Below are positions 49,964 to 60,904 of a stretch of DNA of 64,000 nt, in pieces. The notes under the pieces were generated by a model. It was not told the origin of the DNA, made no database searches, and saw only the letters and a list, made by a program, of their open reading frames with translations. A program made the translations under genes and the position numbers. The stretch is from the NCBI GenBank assembly GCA_963725055.1, contig CAVRXE010000004.1, positions 7,808 through 71,807 of the forward strand, in the 5' to 3' direction. Every line of letters begins with the position of its first letter. Positions within the stretch are counted from its first letter, which is position 1. The stretch is from Candidatus Deferrimicrobiaceae bacterium. GTDB taxonomy: Bacteria > Desulfobacterota > Deferrimicrobia > Deferrimicrobiales > Deferrimicrobiaceae.

Positions 49964-51002
49964 TCACGACGCCGCTTCCCGGTAGTAGCAAATGTAGCGC
50001 GCCTCGCAGAATTTCGGCGTGTTCCGGAGCGCTACGGCCTTGGGGGGTGCCCGCTTCCTCCCGGGGGGGCTCCCCGCTCCACCAGGTCGAGGACCCCGCG
50101 AACCACCTGGAGGCTCACGAGCTTCCGGTAGCAGGAAGTACCGCGCCCGGAGATCTTGAGGGAGGTCACCCCCGTGCGGGCGAGGTCGAAGAGCGCGCAG
50201 AGCCCGCAGGGACCGTTCGGGATCCCGCCGGGATTCATCGAGTTGCCGCAGCCGTTCTGGAACCAGACCCAATCCTTGAACGCGCCCATCAGCTCCCGCG
50301 CCCGCTCCCCTTCCGGGCGGGACATGGATCCGCTGGCTCTCCCCCCAGCGAAAGGACACGGTATGGGACCTCCGGCAGCCCGCACGCAAAGGGCCCCGAC
50401 GCTCCGGTGCGTGGTCATGCAATACCCTTCCTCGAAGACGCACCCTTCGTTCAGGACGAACACCTCGGTCTCCAGCCGGCCCGCTGCCGTATCGCAAAGG
50501 GCCGCGATGTCCGCCACACCGAGGCTGCGGGGGAAGATCACCCGCCGGACCCCCAGCTCCGCCAGGAAATCGACCATGCCGGGGTTGAGCGTCGCCATCA
50601 CCGAGGCCGGCGTGGACGGAGAGCCCCGGGAAGGCGCACCGCAGCGCCACCAGGAATCCCACGTCGGAGACGATGACGCCGTCGATCCCGGACTCCCGCA
50701 CGAGCCGGCCGATCACGGGAAGGAGGAACTCCTGCTGTTCCGGCGTGTAGTAGGGGGTGTTGAACGTCACGTGGGACAGGGATGCCGAAGGCATGGGAAC
50801 GCTCCGCCAGGAGGGAGACGTCGTCCCGCTGAACCAGGTTCCCCACCACCGGCCCCCTTCGATTGAGCCAGAAGGCGCCACCGTACCGATCGAGCCATTC
50901 TCGGGGAACGTAGCCGCAGAAGAACTCGCCCGCCCCGTTCTCGGCGAGCATCTCCACCTCTTCGGGGTTGCTGACCGGTACGGTGAGCTTCATCTTCGCC
51001 AC
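49964..51002 (-). pseudogene. U32-family protein, UbiU/RlhA/TrhP-like, about 3 frame disruptions
   Basis: MAKMKLTVPVSNPEEVEMLAENGAGEFFCGY..., ...GIDGVIVSDVGFLVAL..., ATLNPGMVDFLAELGVRRVIFPRSL, EVFVLNEGCVFEEGYCMTTH (C-X6-C) and GVTSLKISGRGTS. It ends 8 nt before the qhpF start. Confidence 0.65.
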
Positions 51003-51959
51003 CCATGACCGTCGCCCGGTACGGTGACGACGGTACCGTCGACCTGCCGGGAGGATGAAATCCGTCCAAGGATTCTCCCGGTGATGGAGGGCGGCACGTT
51101 GTGGTAATACGCGTTCCCGAGATTCAGGAGATTTTTCTCCTTCCCGTTCCCCCCGGGAACGGGAAGGAGGAACTCAACGGCGTACTTCCGGCACTCCGAC
51201 CGGCAAGGAGCGCCCGGGATGAATTTTTCTCCGGGTTCCCGGTGCATCGCCCCCAGCAGGCAGGCGCGACCCATGGTGACGAAGAGGTACGGAAAGTGAA
51301 CCGATACTTTTTCGGACCGGTCCCCCTCGACTCGTCCGCCTCGAGAGGCTGGAGGAACGGGTCGACTTCCCTGCGTCCGATACCGTACCGCGCCATCAAG
51401 GCCCGGAAACCCGGGGCGAGTTCTCCCGATCGGCAGAGCGCCGCCCGGGCGGCCGATCCGCGCCTGCCGGGAATCGAAATAGTCCCGCGAGCCGGGGATC
51501 GCGGAGCATCTTGTGCGTCAGGCGGCCCAGGACGATCGTGAGCCCCGGGTGGAGGGATCTCAGGCCGTGAACCGTCCCCCAGTCGTTCGCGACGACTTCG
51601 GACTCTTCCACGCCATCCAGCGCCCGGACCGCATCCTCCGCCTTCGCGAGGCCGTCCCACGAGAGCGGCGGCAGGACGAGGGACAAGGCGAGTCGCCCCT
51701 CCCGCGTCGACACGACCCAGGAGGCGATCGCCCTGGGCGTCGGGAGGAGCCGTTCACACGTCTCGTTGCCGACGTACACCCGCGACGGTACCGCTCCGGG
51801 AAGGTGCCGAAGGAGCGCCTCGGCGAGCGCGTCGTGCGCATCGCCTGATGCGGGGCCGTGCAACGCTTCCCTCGAGGGAAGCCTCCCCGCGAAGGACCGC
51901 GGGCGGCGGGGCGGCGAGGAAGGGGAAGGAGAGTCCCACCTCCACGCAGTGCCCCGCAC
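50990..51959 (-). pseudogene. U32-family protein, UbiV-like, about 3-4 frame disruptions
   Basis: ...SRVYVGNETCERLLP..., SEVVANDWGTVHGLRSLHPGLTIVLGRLTHKML, and FPYLFVTMGRACLLGAMHREPGEKFIPGAPCRSEC (C-X17-C-X3-C). The start is uncertain (51939-51959), and the stop overlaps the next U32 gene by 13 nt. Confidence 0.55.
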
Positions 51960-52016
51960 CCTCCCGCGGGGACGCCTCCCGGTGCTGCCGGCTCAGGAGC
52001 AAACGGCCGCGCCCCC

Positions 52017-53100
52017 CTACCGTTTCTGGACGCGGAAGTGCGTGAGGACCGCGTCTCCCGGGGTGTCGATTCTCTTCAACAGCTTCATCGTTTCCGAGTC
52101 GTAGATCAAGATCGTGTCGCCGCCGCCGCCAAGGTACAACTTCTTCCCGTCGGAACTGATCTGGATCGTGTAGTAGCTCTTGTCCAGGTCGGCGGCGGTT
52201 TTCAGCACCCGGTTCGTCGCGAAATCCCTCTTCTCCACCGTGTTGAGGACGGTGTAGTAATACTTGCGGTCGGGGGAGATGACTCCCGAAAACTGGATGT
52301 AGAAGGGCCCGATGTCGGTCACGAGCCTCATCGACCCCTCCGTGCTCTTCTTCCGGAGATCGACCGGACACCCTGGTAGATTAGGTTGTTGTTGCTGTTC
52401 TGACTGCCGACCAGGATCATCGCCATCCCGGACTGGTCGTGGAGCCGCCAGATGTTCAGGGAGATCTGCGGGTCGACGCCGGTTGTCGTCGGGTGGCCGA
52501 TCCCGAGGAAGTTCACCTGGCTTCCCGGTCATGGGGTCGTAGAGGCGGCGAACACATCGCGACCGGTGACGTAGAATTCGCTTCCGTCGTACCCGAAGAA
52601 GATGTTCGTGCAGCCGCGCGGGATCTCGATCTCCTTCACGACCTTGCCGGTCGTGAGGTCCAGCACCAGCACCGCGGGCGTCATGTCGACGATCTCGTCG
52701 GAGAGCCACCGCTGCCGCAGGGAGAGGGCGTACAGCAGGTTCGGGTTCGCCGGGTTGAGTCGATGTCGAGAGTCCGGACCTTGACGTCCCCCGATCCCAT
52801 GCGGAACGTGCGGACGACCTTCTTCCCCGCCAGGTCGAGTCGTTCGATCTGCTGCCCCCAGTCGGTGATGGTGTAGACCTTGTCCAGGTCCCTTGGGTCC
52901 CAGGTGAAGTTGGTGACCTTCTTCCCCTTGGTTTCAATCGTCGCGCAGATGATCTCGTCCTTGTCGCCGTCAATGACGTTAAACTTGTTGTGGAGCATCC
53001 CCTGAAGGAGGATGTCCTTGCCGAGTGCCGGGGCGTTGCCCGAGGCGAGCAGCAGGGCCGTCCCGAGCAGCACCATCGCGAAAAAGACCGTTCTCTTCAT
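52017..53100 (-). pseudogene. qhpB: quinohemoprotein amine dehydrogenase beta subunit (beta-propeller), about 4 frame disruptions
   Basis: Signal peptide MKRTVFFAMVLLGTALLLASG. Also present are ...VTNFTWDPRDLDKVYTITDWGQQIERLDLAGKKVVRTF... and the C-terminus YYTIQISSDGKKLYLGGGGDTILIYDSETMKLLKRIDTPGD. The position directly after qhpC matches the qhpADCB order. Confidence 0.7.
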
Positions 53101-53120
53101 CGATCGTTCCCTCCGTGGGG

Positions 53121-53477
53121 TTATTCCCTAGTCGTTGATCGCGCCGCCGCGACCCACCACTCCGGCTTGACGACCTTGAGCTTCACCCAGTTCTTCATCG
53201 CCCGGGTGCAGTCGGCGTTCCAGTCAGGGTTGTTGTAGGTATCCGGCGCCTGCCCCGGCCACCAGCAGTACATGTCGGTGGTGCCGAACAGGTCCGTCTC
53301 GATCGGCGTGCACAGTCGCTTTGTGGAGCCGGTCCAGTCGTTCTCGTAGCCGGGGTTGAACACGGAAGTGCAGGTGTGCATGAAGGGGACGATCCCCTGC
53401 GCCTCCACGACCGGAGCGCCCGGGTCGGTCTTCTCGATCTTCCTGCCCTTGCGGTTGACCCCTTTCAGGTGCTTCAT
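53121..53477 (-). CDS. qhpC: quinohemoprotein amine dehydrogenase gamma subunit precursor (crosslinked, quinone-bearing small subunit)
   Basis: Uninterrupted 118 codons: a leader of about 29 aa (MKHLKGVNRKGRKIEKTDPGAPVVEAQGI) followed by VPFMHTCTSVFNPGYENDWTGSTKRLCTPIETDLFGTTDMYCWWPGQAPDTYNNPDWNADC.... The ATG overlaps the qhpD stop (ATGA). Confidence 0.85.
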   Translation of the reverse strand: MKHLKGVNRKGRKIEKTDPGAPVVEAQGIVPFMHTCTSVFNPGYENDWTGSTKRLCTPIETDLFGTTDMYCWWPGQAPDTYNNPDWNADCTRAMKNWVKLKVVKPEWWVAAARSTTRE

Positions 53478-54902
53478 GCGATCCCCCTTTCGCCGAGCAT
53501 CACGTCCAGAAACGTCGGCGTTTCGTTTTGTATGCGGACATAGGCTTGAAGACCCAGCAGGAACAGCTCCCTCTGATCCAACGGCAGTAGTGGACGGAAG
53601 GGGCGAAGAGGTCTCCGTGTCGGAGGTACGCGTCGTGGTAGCACCCCCCCGAGCAGAAGTTTTTCGCCCAGCAGGCGTCTCATGCGCGGATTCGCGGCGC
53701 CGCCTCGCCCCGTCGAGGAACCGGGCCCGGGCCTCTTCCCAGAATCCGGCTTCCGGGCCGCCGAACGAGTCCCCGATGCCGACGAGACGGTGGCACGGGT
53801 AGAAGGCCCCCGATGGGTCCACGGCCAGCATCCCGATCCCCGCCCCGCACGGATACGGCATCGGGTCCCCGCGGTGGATCAGCGCGAGGATCTGCGACAT
53901 GTTCGAGAATGCCGGGACCCGCCGTTCGCGGACGTCGTCCACATACCCGTCTGCAAGGTCCCGGAACCGATCGATCACCGCGCAGACCTCTTTCCTCGGT
54001 CAGCGCGACTGGACTCCCTTCCGCAGCGCTCGCCGGCGCGAAACCGACCTCGTCGAAACCGAGGCCGCGAAGGCGGTTGAACGTCTTCCGCACGTCGACG
54101 GCGCCGCGCCCGAGGGTCACGCGCGCGCCGCGACGGGGAACCCGTTTCTGTTTTCCATCAGGAGTTCGATCCCCCGCGTCACGTCCTCATAGGACCCTCT
54201 CCCCGACGCGTACGGACGGTTCCGATCTTGGATCTCCCGGGGCCCGTCGATGCTAAGACACACGGTGACTCCGTTCTCCTTCAGGAAACCAGCGATCTCC
54301 CGGGTGAGGAGGGTGCCGTTGGTGGTGATGGAGAAGGAGATCTCTTTTCCCCGTTCCCTCGCCATCCTGCGGGCCTCCCCGACGGCCGTTCCAATGAGGG
54401 GGGAAGCGCAGCAGCGGTTCCCCCCCAAAAAAGGTCACGGACACCTTCCGGTCCGCCCCGGCGCGTTCCAGCAGATACGCAACACCGCGGCGGAGCGACT
54501 TCCGGGGACATCTCCCGCGGCGCTCCTCCCCCATCCGCCGGTAGGGTGCACCCTTCCTCCCGGTCCTCGTAGCAGTAGCGGCACGCGAGGTTGCAGGAGT
54601 AGGTGAGCATCAGTACGAGTGTCCCGAGCCGCAGCGGAGGGTGGGCAACACGGTTGGCTCGCCTCCTCCCCAAACCCCTCTGCTTGAAGCAGGCCCGCCC
54701 TCCGGAGGTCCGAGAGGATCTCCGAAGGAAGGGCCGAATCTTCGGCAGAAGCAAGGGGAGACAAGGCCTCCCTCATCCCGTCGTCCATACGGAACAGCCC
54801 GCCGGTTTCGGCGGCGTATACGTACGCCTCCCCATCCGCCGTGAAGCGTCGGTGCGGGAGGAGAGAGGCGCCCGCGCCGCACGTACGCGCGATGTTTGCC
54901 AT
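53474..54902 (-). pseudogene. qhpD: radical SAM/SPASM thioether-forming enzyme QhpD, about 6 frame disruptions
   Basis: MANIARTCG...GEAYVYAAETGGLFRMD, LGTLVLMLTYSCNLACRYCYE (CX3CX2C), VSVTFFGGEPLL, ISFSITTNGTLLT. The SPASM part reads PYPCGAGIGMLAVDPSGAFYPCHRLVG and CWAKNFCSGGCYHDAYL...HYCRW. Confidence 0.85.
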
Positions 54903-54918
54903 GGCGTCCGTGCGCCCC

Positions 54919-56518
54919 TTACTGCACCGGTCTCTGGACGTACAGAGGAATGGTCGCGAGCAGGTATCCGCGGGCGAACAGCGTGCCGCCCCCGGGCGCT
55001 GCGTAGGAAGCGGTCACCCAGACGTCCCCCAGGTTGTTTTCCTGCATGAAACGCTTCGGGTTGGGGCCTTCGTCCCCGGGGGTGAAGAGCCCGTTCCGGT
55101 CGATCTTCCCGACGAAATCCACATCGTGATCATCGTTGGTGGCGGCGATCTCCACGACATTCCACGTGGCCGGTACGTGTCCGATCTCGATGTCGTCCCC
55201 GGTCCCCGCCGCGCCGTCGGCGCCCTTGCTGTACGACATGGCGTCGAACTGGACGAGCTGCTTCACGGCGTACCCCAGCCCGCCGGTGCGCGACATCGCG
55301 GGGGACGGCACGACCTTGATATAGTCGACGGCCGTGTAGACCGCGAAGACATTGTCGGCCGAGGCGCCTCCGGCGTTCGCGTTCCGGTGCCCGGTGGTCG
55401 CCTTGTCAGCGACATCCACGGCGACCACCACCTTCGTCGGCGATGCGGAAACGACGTTCTTCACGGTCACGCCTTCGCCCAGACTCACCTCTTTCGAGAG
55501 ACCGGTCCCGACGACCGTCACGGTCGCTCCCTTCGTCCCGGCCTTGAGCGCCTTCGGCATCACGGAGAGGATCCGCGGGCAGCTCCCGGCGAAGGCGCGG
55601 GTTTCAACACCGCGAAGCTCGAAGTGCGGGTCGTCAAACCGGACCCCCCTGAAGGTCGAACCATCCATCGAGATGTGGAAGACTTCACGGATCGGCTTTC
55701 CGGCCAGGGAACCGGACGCCCGCCACGCGTAGCCGCCATAGAGGGTCGCCTTCCCCGAGATCGGCAGCTTCTCCCGTTCTCAAACTCCACCGTTCCGGCG
55801 TATGTATAGAAGGCGTCTCCCGTCTTCTTCAAGTTGATCTCGCCTCCGTACGCCCCTTTCCCGGCCTGGTACCCGGCGACGGCCCACTTCCCCTCGCCCG
55901 CCTTCGGGCGCGACGCGCTCCACTGCTTCCATTCCGGAGTCTCCAGCGGGAACCGCTTCTGCAACTCCTTCACGCAGGCGGCCAACGTCTCGTCCCAGTC
56001 AAGGACGTCCTGGAGTTGGTAGGGCCACATCGGGAGGACGCCCGAGTGCATGTTGGCGAGTTTCGGCCAGTCTTCCGGGGAGCGGCGCTGGAGGGCGGTC
56101 TTCTCTGCGGTAGCCCTGTGGCACCGTACGCAGATGTCGACGATCACCTGGCTGTCCACCTTCTCCTTCGTGTCCCGCTTCTCGAGAGTGTAGGCATACC
56201 CCACCACCTCGGCGGGGGCCAACCCCTGCTTGTCGGAGAAGTAGAGGAGGAGTGCCTCCTTCTCCTCCTTGGTGATGGAGAGACCGTGGATCCGCTTGTG
56301 GCGCCACAACGTCTCCTCCCAAGCTTCCGGCACCTGCCGGAGGTAGGAGATCCGGGAGACCAGCCCCCCGTTGTTCTTGTGGCAGTCGGCGCACTTTTTC
56401 ACGACCAGGTCGCTTGAGACCGGAATCCCCTGGTCTTGCCGAGTGCAGTCCCGGCCCACGCCGTCGCCAGCAAGAATGCCAAGGCAACGATAAAACACAA
56501 TCCCATCTTCCTTCGCAT
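54919..56518 (-). pseudogene. qhpA: quinohemoprotein amine dehydrogenase alpha subunit (di-haem cytochrome c), about 3 frame disruptions
   Basis: AGGAGGAGAGTG then ATG, giving the signal MRRKMGLCFIVALAFLLATAWA. It has two CXXCH sites (KKCADCH, ICVRCH), RRSPEDWPKLANMHSG, and C-terminal Ig-like domains in ORF 54919-55668. Confidence 0.85.
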
Positions 56519-56791
56519 CACTCTCCTCCTCGTACAGTGGGATGATCGGGGGGAACACATCTCGTCTCGGGGCATGGCAGCAAATCCCGTTCCATCGGTT
56601 ATACGTTAATTTTTATTGCATGGAGAAGGCGTGCAATTCCTTAATTTTCAACATTAATATCCTGTTGGGATTAATTTTACAGTAAGAACTCGCAGTAGGG
56701 ATACTTCGAGGTTTCGATAACTCCGGGGGATCACAATTAAGAAACGATGTGTCAAAAACGGGAATTACGGCGGAAATCCGATGCGAAAATA

Positions 56792-57810
56792 TCATCCCCC
56801 GCCGAAGAGCATTCTACCGAGGAACCCGCCCGCCAGTCCCCCCATCATGCTGCGCATGAATCCGCCTGCTCCGTAAAGGGGAAGATCCCCGCGATCCGGC
56901 ATCAGAAGGTTCACGGGGCAGACCGGCAGATCCCCTGAATGCGCTTCGCGAAGGACGGAAGGAGCGTGTCGGCCTGACCGCGGGAAATTTTCCCCGCCAC
57001 GGCGATGACGAATCTCGCCTTCCTGGGTCATCCACAAAGACCCGGAAGGGATCGTTGCGTTGGAACAAGCCCGCAGTCACCTCCCGGTACGCCGGCAGTT
57101 CCTGCGCGATGCGCGCCTTTCGTCCGGAGGCCGCCATGCGCCGCGGGCGGCAGGAGCAGATAGTGGCCGGAGGCGGTTGCCGTGGAGAACTTCACCTCGA
57201 ATCCCGGGGCCAGGCACTCGTAGCCCAGCATCGCCCGTTTCTGGTAGAGGATCGATCCCTAGATCCTCCCCGGCAGGCCGTCCAGCGCCCTCGCCTCCTC
57301 CGGCGGAGCGCCGCTCCCGGGGAGAAGCGCGACGACCTCCGAGGCGATCCCGACGACGTCGTTCCGGGAGCCGTCTCCGGGCTTTGAACGGATGCGCACG
57401 GCATCCCTCCGCCACGGAAGAAGTCGGCCGACGTATCCGAGACGATCGCCTCCGAGGGAGGAATCCGGAGAATCTCCTGGTCCGGATACCGGTACTGAGA
57501 CCAGATCCCTGTAGGCGTCCCTGGGAGACGCCACCGGAAACAGCTCCAGTCGCACCTCGGACCCGGGTCTCGCGGTCCTGCCGAGGACGGCGACCGCCAG
57601 GCGTTCCATCCCGTACGGGAGAACCAGGCCGGCTTCCCCGTCGATCTCCTCGTAGAGGTTGTCGGAACTGAAGGTCCGCACGGGCTCGAGAAGTTTCCAC
57701 GCCCCTTTTGCCGCGAGGGGACCGAGGACGGGATCCCCGGTATCCGCCGCCCCGCCCGGTGGGACGGCGAACGCGAGGAACAGCAGCGCCGCGAGTGCAG
57801 CGTCTCGCAA
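56792..57810 (-). pseudogene. hypothetical exported protein, several frame disruptions, boundaries uncertain
   Basis: A possible TTG start gives the signal-like RDAALAALLFLAFAVPPGGAA, then AKGAWKLLEPVRTFSSDNLYEEIDGEAGLVLPYGMERLAVAVLG and later GYECLAPGFEVKFSTATASGHYLLL. I recognise no family. Confidence 0.3.
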
Positions 57811-57971
57811 ATAGCCTGAAGCATCGAGAGCGTCGATGCGCCGCGCCAGCAAGGCGCGCAAGTGAAGGCGTACCGGGAGAGTACGGCGAACTTGCGCAAC
57901 GAAGCTGGAGCGGATGCAGCGGCGCTCGAATGCCAGGATATTTGCGAGACGCTGCACTGGGAGGGCCGTCT

Positions 57972-59175
57972 TCATCCGGCAAGCCGTGCGTGGGCCCTTC
58001 GCGCGAGCCGCCCCACCGGAAGCCGCAGACGGCACGCCACGAGACACGCTTCGGCACGCCCCGCAGGCGGCAGCGTTCCGACCCGGGGGAAGGGATTCGT
58101 AGGCGGAGCGCGCGAGACCTTTCCTCCCGGTACCCCTCGAGGTACGTCAGCGCCCGGAGCACGTTCGGGACCTCGACGCCGCTCGGGCAGACCCCGCCGC
58201 ATGCCCCGCACAGACCGCAATGACGACCCCGATCTCAAGCGCATACCGGCCGAGGGCGACCCGGTCGGCGAGCGTGAACCGCTTGCCGCACGCCCCGAGG
58301 TTCTCCTCGACCTGGGCGTAGCTCGTCATGCTCGGAATCGTCGTGGTGGCAACGCCCGGGTTGGCGAGGACCCAGGCGAGCGCCGCCTGGTGGGGGGCTG
58401 AAACCCCCGGGGGCGACGCGTATCCCCCGGCCTGGGTTTTCATCGCGATGACGCCGATCCCCGGATGCGGCGACCGCCCGGATCGTATTCGAGAGCCCCT
58501 GGCTCATCCCGAGCGCAACCCTTCACCGTCGCCGCGACGCCCGTGTCGGAGCGGAAGTTGTACGCTACCAGCACCGTCTTGTAGAACCCGTGTTTCGGCC
58601 ACGGCCCGCAGGACGGTTTCCTGCCCGCTGTGGGTCGTAACCCCCGCCGCGCGGACTTTCCCCTGGTCGATCAGCTTATGAAGCGCCTCGAGGGCCCGCT
58701 CGTCGGTCACCTCGCCTTCGGTATGGATCCCGTGGATCTGGAGGATGTCGATCACGTCCACCTTCAGGGAACGGAGGCTGTTCTCCGTCTTGGACCGGAT
58801 CATCTGGTCCACCGGGGCATTGTGGACTTTCGTGGCAAGAACTACCTTGTCCCGGATCCCGGAGAGCGCATTCCCGACGATCCGCTGTTTGTCGCCCCCA
58901 TGTAGCAGTCCGCCGTGTCGACGTAATCCACCCCCCGCTCGACGGCGAACCGGATCACTTCCGGATCGCGAGTGGTCATCGCGCCGAACCCGATAGTTCC
59001 GACCTGGAACCCGGTCTTCCCCAGCGGCCGCTTGTTCTGTTGCGTGCCGGGCGAAGAGTCGGTCGCTCTCCGAAGCGCTCCTGCGGGATCCCGGGCAGCG
59101 TCGTCCCCCACCGCTGACACCTGCCGCCGCCCCCATCATCCGAAGGAAATCCCTGCGGGTCGTCCTGGATCGCAC
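57972..59175 (-). pseudogene. Tat-signal aldo/keto reductase with a C-terminal 4Fe-4S ferredoxin-type motif, several frame disruptions
   Basis: GGAAGGAGGG then GTG, giving RSRTTRRDFLRMMGAAAG (twin-arginine). AKR text is KRPLGKTGFQVGTIGFGAMT, GVDYVDTADCY and LKVDVIDILQIHG. The C-terminal HCGLCGACGGVCPSGV is CX2CX2CX3CP. Confidence 0.7.
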
Positions 59176-59505
59176 CCTATGTCCCTCCTTCCAGTACCGG
59201 AGGAAGAGCCGCCGGCCGAGGCGCGGCACCTCCCGATGGGTGAATCCGTTCAAGGGGGATTATACCCCGGACGCCGTCCCCGAAAGAGATCGCTTGCGGA
59301 TCGGGAACCAAGGTGGTATGGTTGCGTCAGTTCAAATATCCCAATACGCAATCCTCTCCCCCAAGGGTCCTTTCGAAGGAGCAGCCCGGCACCCGGCCTG
59401 GGCCATCCAGCTTCTCCCGAGATTTCACCATGCGGAAGATCGGACGGGCACACTGCCCCGCCCACCGGTTGTGCTTGGTGAAAAAAACGTCAGGAGAAGA
59501 GAGAA

Positions 59506-60889
<1,384 letters not shown>

Positions 60890-60904
60890 AATAAAAAGCA
60901 CGTT

